Assembly: GCA_963711835.1 (NCBI GenBank)
Contig: CAVQFQ010000025.1
Coordinates: 1 to 64,000 of the forward strand
Source: an uncultured delta proteobacterium
GTDB lineage: Bacteria; Desulfobacterota; RBG-13-43-22
DNA: 64,000 bases
Reading direction: 5' to 3'
The position numbers and the translations under genes were made by a program. Shown in pieces: positions 1-10,216 of the stretch. The notes under the pieces were generated by a model. It did no database searches. It saw nothing but the letters and a program-made list of their open reading frames with translations, and was not told the origin of the DNA. Positions within the stretch are counted from its first letter, which is position 1. Every line of letters starts with the position of its first letter.

Positions 1-2328
1 ATCCTGGACGAAAGGGACGGCGGCCGGCCCCTGGGTGTTCTGGTCCTGCGCATTGATCCCCGGACCTATCTCTATCCCCTCATCCAGATCTGGCCGACGC
101 CCAGCCGGACAGCGGAAACTTTGCTTGTCCGGCGCGAAGGGAACGAGGTAGTGTTTCTGAACGAACTTAAATTTCAAAAAAACACGGCCCTCAAGCTGCG
201 TAGTTCCCTTGAGAACAACGATATGCCCGCTGTGAAAGCGGCCCTGGGCCAGGAAGGAATCGTAGAAGGCCGTGATTACCGGGGCGTTCCGGTGCTGGGT
301 GCCTTGCGCGCCGTCCCTGACTCGCCCTGGTTCCTGGTGGCCCGGATGGACGCTACCGAAGTGTATGCGCCGGTAAGGGAGTATTTGTGGGTGATAGTCG
401 TTCTGGTCGGGGTTCTGATCCTCGGGTCAGGCGCCGGCGTAGGTCTGATCTGGAGACATCAACGCTCCCGATTCTATCGGGAAAGGTATGAGGCGGCCGA
501 GGCGCTGCGCGTCGTCTCCTCTCGCCAGGAAGCCATTCTCTCCGCCGTTCCGGACATCATCATGGAAGTGGATGACAACAAGGTCTATACCTGGGCCAAT
601 CAGCCGGGCCTCGAGTTCTTCGGCGAGGATGTGATCGGCAAGGAGGCCGCTTTCTACTTTGAAGGCGAGCAGGACACCTACCAAACGGTCCAGCCGCTCT
701 TCAACGGCAATGAGGACATAATCTATGTTGAGAGCTGGCAGCGGCGCAAGGATGGACAAAAGCGGCTGCTGGCCTGGTGGTGCCGGGTGCTCAAGGATAA
801 CGCCGGGAACGTGACCGGGGCCCTCTCTTCGGCCCGTGACATCACCGAGCGCAAACTCGCAGAAGAGGCGCTCAGGGAGAGCCGGCAAAGGTTCCATGAT
901 ACCGTAAAATACCTGGATGAAGGCTATTATAGTGTTACTCCGGATGGCTTTTTGCTTGAACACAATCTTGCCTTTAACCGGATTCTTGGCTTTGACCCGG
1001 ACCAGGATTTAAAAGGAATACAATTGCCCGAATTCTGGCGAAACTCGGATGACCGAAAACACTATCTGGCTGAGTTAATAAACAAGGGATTCATAAAAAA
1101 CTACCTCATAAAGGCGAAGACCATAAGGGGCGAAGACATAGTTCTTATTGCGAATTCCCATATAGTAAAAGATGAAAACGACAGGCTGGTGAGAATTGAA
1201 GGGACTTTCGCGGATTTCACCGAGCCCAAGCGGGCCGAAGAAACCATTATGCGGGAAAGGGATTTCACCCAAGCGGCCATCGACAGTTTGCCGGGCCTGT
1301 TTTACCTCTTCGATGACCAGGGCCGCTTCCTGCGCTGGAACAAAAACTTTGAAAAGGTCTCCGGCTATTCGGCCGAAGAAATCTCCCATTTGTCTCCCTT
1401 GGATCTCTTCGGCGAGCCGGACAAAGGTCCCGTTGGGGAGGCAATCCAGCAGGTTTTCCTGGTTGGAGAGGCCGGCGTCGAGGCCGAATTCCTGTCCAAA
1501 GACCAAACCAGGACCCCCTGTTTTTTTACAGGGAGGCTTTTTCGAATTTGACCAAAAGCCCTGCCTGATCGGCATGGGTATTGATATTACCGAACGTAAG
1601 CGGGTCGAGGAGGCGCTTCGAGAGAAAGATCAGGAATTGGAGAAAAGGAACGAGGAGCTGACTCGCTTTATCTATGCCGTTTCGCACGATTTGAAGAGCC
1701 CGCTGGTGACCATCCGCACTTTCCTGGGTTATTTGGAACAGGATGCCAGAATCGGGATGAGGGACGGATGGACCAGGATCTGACCTATATCCGCAACGCC
1801 GCGGACAAGATGTCCCAGTTGCTGGATGAACTGCTCGACCTTTCACGCATTGGGAGGATGATCCATCCGCCCGTAGAAGCGCCGTTGCAGAGAATCGTGC
1901 AGGAGGCCCTGGATCTGGTGGCGGGGCAAATCACCGAGCGGGGCGTACAGGTCCAGGTCACGGAGGAACCGGTTCTGATTTACGGCGACCGTCCGCGCCT
2001 GGTGGAGGTCTTCCAGAACCTGGTGGATAACGCCGTCAAGTTCATGGGCGATCAGCCGAATCCTCGGGTGGAGATCGGGGTGGAAGAGGTCGGCGATGAG
2101 CTGGTGTTGTTGGTGCGCGATAACGGCATCGGGATAGACCTCCAGTATCAGCCGAAACTCTTTCGGCCTGTTCGAGAAGCTCGATCCGCGACGGAAGGCG
2201 TCGGCATCGGTCTGGCCTTGGTGCAGCGGATCATCGAGGTCCACGGCGGCCGGATCTGGGTGGAGTCGGAGGGGGTCGGCAAGGGAGCCACCTTTCGGTT
2301 TACGTTGGCGAAGACCGTAAAGAAATGA
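1..2328 (+). CDS. Membrane multi-PAS sensor histidine kinase (5' end outside window; frameshifts near 1540, 1750 and a compensating pair at ~2163/2190)
   Basis: Frame open from base 1; TM helix ([23 protein letters not shown]), PAS/PAC repeats (DITERK), H-box [11 protein letters not shown], HATPase motifs [23 protein letters not shown] spread over three ORF pieces. Confidence 0.88.
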
Positions 2329-2385
2329 AGGGTTCAGGGTTCAGAGTTCAGATCGATGGAGGGGAAGGGTTCAGAGTTCGGAGTC
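2329..2385 (+). repeat. Heptamer tandem repeats (AGRGTTC)n, left flank of four-helix-bundle cassette
   Basis: agggttc agggttc agagttc ... agggttc agagttc; inverted relative to gaactct/gaacact units at 2882-2907. Confidence 0.8.
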
Positions 2386-2399
2386 GGGATAAGTCGTTC

Positions 2400-2864
2400 G
2401 GATGTTGAGCGATTTGGAGGTATACCAGAGGCTCTGTCAACAGCACATAGGCGATCTGTGATTGCAGGAGCAAGTGGCCAATGTGAAGAGAAATATGAGC
2501 TTGAGTCAAAATCCGTCGTTCATCGAAGAGTGCGCCTGGCTCATGACTGGCAGAGAAATCACGATGATCGCTCACATTAGAAATAAAATCGAGGGTTCAA
2601 GTCGAGCGTTTGGGAGAGGCCAATGTAGACAGTTCAGTCACCTTATTTATTGCTGAACGAAAGGGTAGGATTGAAGATGAATGTGTAACAATGCCTTCAG
2701 ACAGCCAGAAGGTCTGTAAGGAATGTGTTGCTTGCACTGAAATTGCATTTAGACAGAAATTCATTGATATAGAGAGAAGAGAAAATTCACGAAACTACTG
2801 TGTAGAGGTTTCCATGATGCTCAACGGTCTGATAAAATCTTTACGCCGAACGCCGAACGAATAA
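2400..2864 (+). pseudogene. Four-helix-bundle (23S rRNA IVS/bAvd-like family) gene, heavily frameshifted, apparently a chimera of two alleles
   Basis: Motifs across frames: DLEVYQRLCQ (2411), EEKYEL..SQIRRSSKSAP, LAEK-HDDR-HIRNKIEG, GEAN..LFIAERKG, then KECVACTEIAFRQKFI...EVSMMLNGLIKSL. Confidence 0.7.
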
Positions 2865-2907
2865 CGCTGAACGTTTTCTGAAGGACTCTGAACTCTGAAC
2901 ACTGAAC
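2843..2907 (+). repeat. Heptamer tandem repeats (ACGCCGA)n and (ACTCTGA)n, right flank of cassette
   Basis: acgccga acgccga acgaata acgctga; actctga actctga acactga. Confidence 0.8.
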
Positions 2908-2943
2908 AAGGCCTGAACATATTTTAAAAAGGAGAACGAAACC

Positions 2944-3387
2944 ATGGTCAAAGGAAACCCCATCATCATCCTGCTGGTGGAAGACGACCCGGCCCACGCC
3001 GAGATCGTGCGACGCAACCTGGCCGACTTTCGCGTGGCCAACCGGATTATTCATGTCGAAGACGGCCAGGCGGCCCTGGATTATCTCTTCCGCCAGGCGG
3101 CCTATACCGACCCCCAAGCCAATCCCCGGCCGGATCTGATTCTCCTGGACCTGCGCCTGCCCAAGGTGGACGGCCTGGAGGTGCTGCGCCGAATCAAGGA
3201 GGATGCGGAATTGAAGCGGATCCCGACGGTGGTGCTGACGACCTCGGCCGCCGAAACGGATATGGTGCAGGCCTATGAAAACGGCGCCGGGAGTTACCTG
3301 GTGAAACCGGTGGATTTCGATAAATTCACCAAGCTGATGAAGGCCTTTGGCTTTTACTGGCTGGCCTGGAACCGATTTCCGGACTGA
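2944..3387 (+). CDS. Single-domain response regulator (Rcp1/CheY-like)
   Basis: LLVEDD, LILLDLRLPKVDG, LTTS, YLVKP; RBS aggag upstream. Confidence 0.93.
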   Translation: MVKGNPIIILLVEDDPAHAEIVRRNLADFRVANRIIHVEDGQAALDYLFRQAAYTDPQANPRPDLILLDLRLPKVDGLEVLRRIKEDAELKRIPTVVLTTSAAETDMVQAYENGAGSYLVKPVDFDKFTKLMKAFGFYWLAWNRFPD

Positions 3388-3407
3388 GAAGATTAGGAGA
3401 GCCTCAA

Positions 3408-3878
3408 ATGGCTGATGGAGTTCTTAGTAAAGGGATTCTGATCGCGGAAGATGAGCAGGCCCACGCCGAAGCCATTCGGCGTTCCTTTCAGACGGCCGGC
3501 TTAAATGCCGAAGTCCTGGTGGCCGGGACCTTGCAGGAATACCGGGAGATCACTGCGGCCCAGCCGCCGGATATCGCTCTGCTGGACCTGAACCTGCCGG
3601 ACGGCCGGGCTGTTGAGGTCCTGACCTCTCCAGCGGAGGCAGGCCCGTTTCCGGTTTTGATCATGACCAGCTTCGGCAACGAAAAAATCGCCGTGGAAGC
3701 TATGAAAGCCGGAGCGCTGGACTACATCGTCAAGTCCCCCGAGGCCTTTTCCGAAATGCCTCGCCTGGTGGAGCGGGCCCTGCGCGAATGGAGATTGCTC
3801 CAGGAGCGCAAACAGGCCGATGGAGCGTTGCGGGTTTTATTAGAACGATACCGCCAGTTAGTGGAAGGGAAGGATTAA
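3408..3878 (+). CDS. Response regulator receiver protein; truncated duplicate of the N-terminus of 4271-6783
   Basis: AEDE, LLDLNLPDG, DYIVKSP; ~3723-3868 is essentially identical to ~4566-4710. Confidence 0.8.
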   Translation: MADGVLSKGILIAEDEQAHAEAIRRSFQTAGLNAEVLVAGTLQEYREITAAQPPDIALLDLNLPDGRAVEVLTSPAEAGPFPVLIMTSFGNEKIAVEAMKAGALDYIVKSPEAFSEMPRLVERALREWRLLQERKQADGALRVLLERYRQLVEGKD

Positions 3879-3889
3879 TGCGAAAATAC

Positions 3890-3963
3890 CGTTCGGCGTT
3901 CGGAGTTCGGAGTAAAGGAGAGTTCAGGGTTCAGGGTTCAGTGGGGAAGGCGTTCGGCGTTCG
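3890..3963 (+). repeat. Heptamer tandem repeats (CGTTCGG / RGTTCAG)
   Basis: cgttcggcgttcggagttcggag ... agttcagggttcagggttcag ... cgttcggcgttcg. Confidence 0.75.
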
Positions 3964-3982
3964 TCGAAGCCCATTTTCATTT

Positions 3983-4236
3983 TCGTGGCGCCGTAAGGGG
4001 CATGAGGGATTAACATGAAAGAATATATTTAGAGAGGAGGGGTGATCCCTTACAGTTTAAGGTCGGCATAAAGCCAGCCCTAATGCTATTATCAAACTAA
4101 GTGGTAAAGGGATCGTGGCGCCCGTAAGGGGCATGAGGGATTAACATGAAATAGATATATTTAGTAGAGGAGGGGTGATCCCTTACAGTTTAAGGTCGGG
4201 CATAAAGCCCGCCCTAATTCTATTTTCAAACTAAAG
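3983..4236 (+). repeat. ~120-bp tandem duplication containing a GTAG-type REP-like hairpin
   Basis: Copy 1 at 3983-4101 and copy 2 at 4113-4236 (tcgtggcgcc...catgagggattaacatgaaa...ggtcgggcataaagcccgcccta...caaactaa) differ mainly by indels. Confidence 0.8.
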
Positions 4237-4270
4237 TAAGGTGGAGAATGAAGGTTTACAAGGAGTCTCT

Positions 4271-6783
4271 ATGCGGATCTTAATCGTTGAAGATGAGCAG
4301 GCCCATGCCGAAGCCATTAGGCGCGCTTTTCAAACTGCCGATCTAAAGGCCGAGGTCCAGGTTGCCGGGACATTGCAGGAGTACCGGGAGATTACAACCG
4401 TCAGGCCGCCGGACATTGCCCTGCTGGACCTGAACCTGCCGGACGGCCGGGCCGTGGAGGTCCTGACCTCGCCGGCGGAAGACGGCCCTTTTCCGGTTCT
4501 GATCATGACCAGCTTCGGCAACGAAGAGAGTCGCCGTGGAAGCCATGAAATCGGGGGCCTTGGATTACATCGTCAAGTCCCCCGAGGCCTTTTCCGAAAT
4601 GCCTCGCCTGGTGGAGCGGGCCCTGCGCGAATGGAGATTGCTCCAGGAGCGCAAACAGGCCGATGGAGCGTTGCGGGTTTTATTAGAACGATACCGCCAG
4701 TTAGTGGAAAACGCCAAGGAGGCTATTGTCGTAGCTCAGGACGGACGGCTCAAATTTGTTAATCCCATGGCCTGTGAGATAACCGGATATTCGGAGGAGG
4801 AACTCGCTTCTCTACCATTTGTGGACTTAGTTCATCCGAATGACCGGGAAATGGTGGTAAGCCTTTATTTAAAACGACTTAAAGGTGACCCCCTGCTGGA
4901 TAGATACGTATTCCGGATTTTGACCAAAGGGGGGGCTATTAAATGGGTAGAGATTGGGGCGGCCCTGATCGAATGGGAGGACCAGCCGGCCACCTTGAAT
5001 TTGCTGACCGACATCACGGCCCGCAAACAGGCCGAAGAGGCCCTCTTGGAAAGCGAAGCGAAATTAAGGAGTATCTTTCGGGCAGCACCGGTCGGCATAG
5101 GTGTCGATTCCAATCGAGTCATCCTTGAGGTCAACGATACTTTTTGCCGGTTGACCGGTTATTCCCGGGATGAGCTGATAGGAAAGGAAGCCGAGCTGCT
5201 CTATCCGACGACTGAAGACTATGATTATGTCGGGCAAGAGAAATACCGCCAAATTAGTGAAAAAGGAACCGGAACGGTTGAAACCCGCTTACGCCGAAAA
5301 GATGGAGAGATCATCCATGTCCTGCTTAGTGCCACCCCGATTGACAAGAAGGATCTTAAAAAAGGGGTCACTTTTACGGTCCTTGATATCACCGAGCGCA
5401 AGCAGGTCGAGGAGGCACTGCGGAGGAGTGAAGAGAGATTTAAGGAGCTCTATGACAATGCACCCATAGGGTATCACGAATTCGATGCGGAGGGCCGCAT
5501 AACCAGGGTCAACCGGACAGAGCTGGAAATGTTGGGATATACCAAAGAGGAGATGTTGGGCCGGAATATATGGGATTTTATCGTAGAAAGAGAATCCGAG
5601 GAAGTTGTCAAAGCAAAGTTGGCTGCTAAAATTCCACTTAAACACCCCATGGAACGTACTTACAGGCGAAAAGATGGAACGGACTTATCAGTTCTGATCC
5701 AAGATCGACTGATCAAGGACGAAGAAGGACGTACTACAGGTATCCGTACGACCATTCAGGACATCACCGAACGCAAGCGGGCCGAAGAGGCGTTGCGGAA
5801 GAGCGAAGAAAAGTATCGCAATCTTGTTGAGAATGCTGTGGAAGGCATCTTCTGGACGTCCCCTGATGGCCGCTTTCCTTTTGGCCAACCCGGCACTGGC
5901 TCGTATATTCGGATACGATTCTCCCGAAGAGCTGATGGACTCCGTTACCGATATCGCCAATCAGATTTATGTCGACCTCGCGGAACGGCAAAGGCTTTAC
6001 CCGAGCCTTGGAAGAGGAGGGAAAAGTCAATAGATTTTGAAACCGCTAATGAAACGAAAGGACGGTAGCAGCCTTCTGGATTTCCATGAATGCCCTGGCG
6101 GTTCGGGATGAAAGCGGGAGGGATTCTCGTTATGAAGGCCTATCTGAAGATGTCACCCAACGAAGAAAACACCGAGGAGAAACTCGTGGAATCCCTGGAA
6201 AGTCTCCGGAAGGCCGTGCGGACTACTATCCAGGTCATGGTGTCGGCCGTAGAGACCAGAGATCCCTATACGGCAGGACACCAGAAAAGGGTTACGGATC
6301 TGGCCAGAGCCCTGGCCAAGGAGTTGGGCCTCGATCAGGACGACCATTGAAGGGATCCGGATGGCCGGGTCGATTCATGACCTGGGAAAGATCTCCGTGC
6401 CGGCGGAGATCCTGAGCAAACCCACCAAGCTGACCGAGATTGAATTTGCCCTGATTAAGGCCCACTCCCAATACGGCTATGAAATCTTGAAAGCCGTGGA
6501 ATCCCCCTGGCCCCTGGCCGACATGGTCCTCCAGCACCATGAACGCATGGACGGTTCCGGCTACCCCCAGGGCCTGAAGGGTGAGGCCATTCTCCTGGAG
6601 GCCCGCATCCTGGCTGTGGCCGATGTGGTGGAATCCATCTCCTCCCACCGGCCCTACCGGCCGGGTCATGGCATCGCGGCGGCCTTGGAGGAGATCGAGC
6701 AGAACGCCGGGGTGCTCTATGATAGGAACGTGGTGGAAGCCTGTTTAAGGCTCTTCCGGGAGAAAGGCTTTGTGTTTGAGTAA
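4271..6783 (+). CDS. REC-multi-PAS-HD-GYP cyclic-di-GMP phosphodiesterase (several frameshifts)
   Basis: REC (VEDE, LLDLNLPDG), four PAS/PAC repeats, RDPYTAGHQKRV, IHDLGK, HHERMDGSGYP; pieces in ORFs 4241, 4536, 5824, 6086/6090 and 6361. Confidence 0.85.
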
Positions 6784-6986
6784 GTAAAAATAGGGAGCAA
6801 GATCGTCTCTGAGCTGACCCTGGAACAAACGATTCCCCTGTTGAACACCCTTGACCTTGCTCTGATTATCTTTGAGCCGGGCAACCAGGCTATCCTTAAC
6901 AAACCGGGTTCAACCAAAGAACAAATAGAGGATGAATGCAGCAAAGATTTACGGGGTGTGAGTCGTGAATAGAAAGGAGGCAGCCT

Positions 6987-8051
6987 ATGGTATCTGACAA
7001 ACCTAAAATATTTAGCGTGGTCGAAGACCGCAAAACCATGGCTCTGCTGCAGGCGGTGCTCCAACCCAACGGCTATGAAGTTATTAAGGCGGCTAACGGC
7101 AGCGAAGTATTGGAAGCGCTGAAAAGGGGCCTTGGTGAACTGGTCATACTGGATGACCAGGTATCTAAGATGAACTGTTATGAGGTATGCCAAAAAATAA
7201 AAGAGGGACCTTCTACCAAAGATATCCCTGTGCTTTTACTATCTTCCCGGAGAATTAAAGCCGCCAGGGTGAAGGGGCTGGAGGCCGGGGCAAGTGATTT
7301 TCTCACCAAGCCCATTGACAGCGTGGAGCTGTTGGTCCGGACCAAGGGGCTGATAAAAAGAAAGGAACTCGAGGATTTAGTAAAAAATTACCATTTGAGG
7401 GTGGACTCGGACCTGCTCAAAACGACCAGGGACCTCAAAAAGGCCTTTATTGATTCTATTTACCGCTTGACCCGGGCGGTCGAATATAAAGACGAAGACG
7501 CGGTCCTCCATAACCGTCGAATCAGTTTTTACACCAAATTCATGGCCAAGGAACTTGGTCTTTCCGAGGAAGAAGTCGAGGCTATGTATTATGCCAGTCC
7601 CATGCATGACGTGGGTAAAATCGGGATTCCGGATGTTATCCTGCTTAAACCTTCCCAGCTTACCACGGAAGAATTTAAAATTATGAAGACCCACACCCTG
7701 ATCGGGTCCATGATACTGGGCGGGTCGGATTCGAAAATCTTAAAATCAGCTAAAAAGTTTGCCATTTCCCATCATGAAAAATGGGATGGAACCGGTTACC
7801 CCTATTTTCTAAGCGGTGAGGTGATTCCGATTGAAGGCCGGATACTCATTATTGCCGATCAATATGATTCCCTGCGGAACAAGAGGCCCCATAAGCCAGC
7901 CCTTGACCACAAAAAGGTCTTTCATATCCTTGCCAAGGGTGACGGCCGTAGCCACCCATCCCATTTTGATCCCAAGGTCCTTGAGGCCTTTAAGGATAAT
8001 CACAAGAAGTTTGAAGAAATCTATAGCCTCATGGAAAACAACCAAAAATAG
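6987..8051 (+). CDS. Response regulator with HD-GYP domain (RpfG-like)
   Basis: N-terminal REC, MHDVGKIGIPD, HHEKWDGTGYP; RBS ggagg. Confidence 0.92.
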   Translation: MVSDKPKIFSVVEDRKTMALLQAVLQPNGYEVIKAANGSEVLEALKRGLGELVILDDQVSKMNCYEVCQKIKEGPSTKDIPVLLLSSRRIKAARVKGLEAGASDFLTKPIDSVELLVRTKGLIKRKELEDLVKNYHLRVDSDLLKTTRDLKKAFIDSIYRLTRAVEYKDEDAVLHNRRISFYTKFMAKELGLSEEEVEAMYYASPMHDVGKIGIPDVILLKPSQLTTEEFKIMKTHTLIGSMILGGSDSKILKSAKKFAISHHEKWDGTGYPYFLSGEVIPIEGRILIIADQYDSLRNKRPHKPALDHKKVFHILAKGDGRSHPSHFDPKVLEAFKDNHKKFEEIYSLMENNQK

Positions 8052-8119
8052 GAATAGCACCTATTTTGTCCCTCATAGGAGACCATAAAAGGGAAATAAA
8101 TAGGCGCGGTCCCTATTTT
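8045..8119. repeat. Pair of AAATAGG-N-CCTATTT hairpins (REP-like or terminator-like)
   Basis: aaaatagg-aatagca-cctatttt (8045-8067) and aaatagg-cgcggtc-cctattt (8098-8119). Confidence 0.55.
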
Positions 8120-8168
8120 TACAGAAAAATTGCCCTTTACGCCTACAGCAAAAAGGAAAGGTAAAGAG

Positions 8169-9190
8169 ATGAGGAACAAAGATGAGATTGCCGGACCATT
8201 TCTGATCTATGAGGATCAGGGCAGAAAGATTATTATCTTAATTCGTTGGATTCTTGTTATTGTTGTCGGGTATCTGCTGGTTTTCAGCTTTCCCCAATCC
8301 CTTTTTTCCCTGCCCAATTTTCTATTTGGCGTTTACGTCCTTTCCAATCTTCTTTTAATGTTTCTCCCCAACAGATGGTTTGAAAGAGATGTCTTTATAT
8401 TTGGTATCCTGCTGGCCGACATCGCGATGACCTTGTTGGCCATTTTTGTGACGGCCCGGATTGATTCGGAGTTTTATTTGATCTATTTCTTAATCCTTTT
8501 CATAGCCGCCTTTACCCAAAGGACTAAATTCGTTCTTTTCTCTTCCGGGGTGCTCATTTTGGGATACGGCATTTTTTCTTTCTTAAAGTATCCCCAATTT
8601 TTTAAAGAGCCTATTTTTTTGCTCCGATTCCCCTTTATTTTGGTAATCAGTTCCTTCTTTATCACGATGATCGAAACCTACAATCGGCTTGAAGCAACGA
8701 CAAGAACTACTTAAAGAAGACATGCGGGAACTGGAGGTTCTGACGGAGATAGCACAATCCATTGACCGGAATAAAAATCTACCGGACTTCTTGTTTAATT
8801 TGACTCAAACCTTATGCAACAAGTTGCTCATTCGGCGTTGCATGGCCATACTGGTAGATGACCGCGAAGAGATGGCCAGGATGGTTTCTTCGGACGATAG
8901 TCCGGAAAAGGGTCCCTTTCTTATTGACTTGAAAAAATATCCCCTGCTCAAGGAATCTTTAAGGAAAGAATTGGGAGAGTTCGTGGAAGATCAAGTGTCG
9001 GGCAAGGAAAATGTTTCCGGGTATGTTCTAAAAAAAATGCCTGTTATATATCAGGAAAAAAACTTGGGGACCCTTTATTTGCGTGCCAACACCCCGCTAT
9101 CGGAAACTGACCCATCGGGAGGAATATTTTCTGTCTCGTTTATCCCAGATCACGGCTATGGCCATAAATAATTTAGGATCAAAGCTTTAA
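8169..9190 (+). CDS. Multi-TM membrane sensor protein with GAF-like domain (frameshifted near 8690 and 9100)
   Basis: About six hydrophobic helices, then a coiled coil and GAF-like segment (LGTLYL...EEYFLSRLSQITAMAI in the shifted frame). Confidence 0.6.
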
Positions 9191-9369
9191 AATTCCGAAA
9201 AGGGTAGCGGCTTATCTTGTTGAGGTTTCCTAAAATTCGCCTTTGGAAAACTCCCAAATCCAAAATCCACGTTTCCCCTTTGCAAAAGAATTTTCTAAAA
9301 TATCAAAACAGCGTGAAGATCGGAAAGGGGAATATCGAGACGGACATCGAGCTGGCCAGAGACTTGCGT

Positions 9370-9488
9370 CTGGAGGACGTACCGGTGAAGAGGATTCCTT
9401 GGAGGACCTTTTGAAACGCAGCGACCAAGCCTTGTATCGGGCCAAGCAGTCCGGTCGAAATTGCTCGGTGATCTGGAGCAGGGATTAG
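9370..9488 (+). pseudogene. C-terminal remnant of a GGDEF domain
   Basis: SLEDLLKRSDQALYRAKQSGRNC is the typical diguanylate cyclase C-terminal helix; no GG(D/E)EF motif upstream. Confidence 0.6.
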
Positions 9489-9672
9489 GGGGGTACAGGT
9501 TAAACAAAAAGACCTTTGGGTTTTCCTTGACAACCTTTTGGACGCCGTATTAACTAAAAAGAAATTCAAGGTATTTTATGGAGCGCTTAGGCCAATCCAA
9601 ATCCTGAAAAGCCACCTTCAAAAGGAGTTTGGTTTTTTGAGATAAGATATCTTGATAGGATAAAGGGCCCTC

Positions 9673-9942
9673 TTGGTGAATGACGACCTTCTGTTAAGCC
9701 AGCTTGAAGAGGTGGCGGATCGGCTCGGAATTACCATCCGCTATGAGACCCTGACCCTTGCGGAATCATCGAGTCCGGGTGGTCTTTGCCGGATAGAGGG
9801 GGAGTATGTTTTGATTCTCGATCCCCAGGCCCCACTCGGTGAGAAAGTCCAGGTTTTGATCAAAGCCTTAAAGGGGTTCCCGATAGATGACATCTATGTG
9901 AAACCGGCTATTAGGGACCTGATAGAGGAATCAGCGGAATAG
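9673..9942 (+). CDS. Small hypothetical protein (ImmA/IrrE-like N-terminal fold, no HExxH)
   Basis: LEEVADRLGITIRYE...GGLCRIEGEYVLILD pattern; plausible 89-aa ORF. Confidence 0.6.
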   Translation: MVNDDLLLSQLEEVADRLGITIRYETLTLAESSSPGGLCRIEGEYVLILDPQAPLGEKVQVLIKALKGFPIDDIYVKPAIRDLIEESAE

Positions 9943-10121
9943 TCTTAAGGGAATGCCCCAGTTTCTGATAGTTGACTTTCTTTCACTAGTTTTGGTCAAA
10001 GGTCAGGACCGATAACTTATTTTTTTTATTATCTATTTAAGTGTATTATATAAAAAAAGCGCCTCCTTTTGGTACAAATAATAATTTTTCACTAACTACT
10101 AAATCTTATTAAAAAAATCAC

Positions 10122-10155
10122 TTGACTTCATGTTTTATTGTGGTATTTTTCACAA
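10122..10155 (+). promoter_or_regulatory. ech promoter (TTGACT / TGn-TATTTT) overlapped by a Rex-type operator
   Basis: TTGTGGTATTTTTCACAA at 10138-10155 matches TTGTGAA-N4-TTCACAA at 12/14 positions and covers the -10 element. Confidence 0.65.
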
Positions 10156-10216
10156 AAAATAAAATAGCCACCACGGATTCTTCTGCTCCTCATCTTGTGC
10201 GGGGGGATTTATTCAA

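Noticed and set aside
2400-2864. Diversity-generating retroelement (Avd-like gene)
   Set aside because: No reverse transcriptase and no TR/VR pair with adenine-specific mismatches in the window
1-9190. Many frameshifted genes as real pseudogenes or programmed frameshifts (also ~43775, 55002, 58603, 59170)
   Set aside because: Domains and catalytic motifs are intact, compensating indel pairs occur (2163/2190), and the breaks are scattered single-base indels; sequencing error is the simpler explanation
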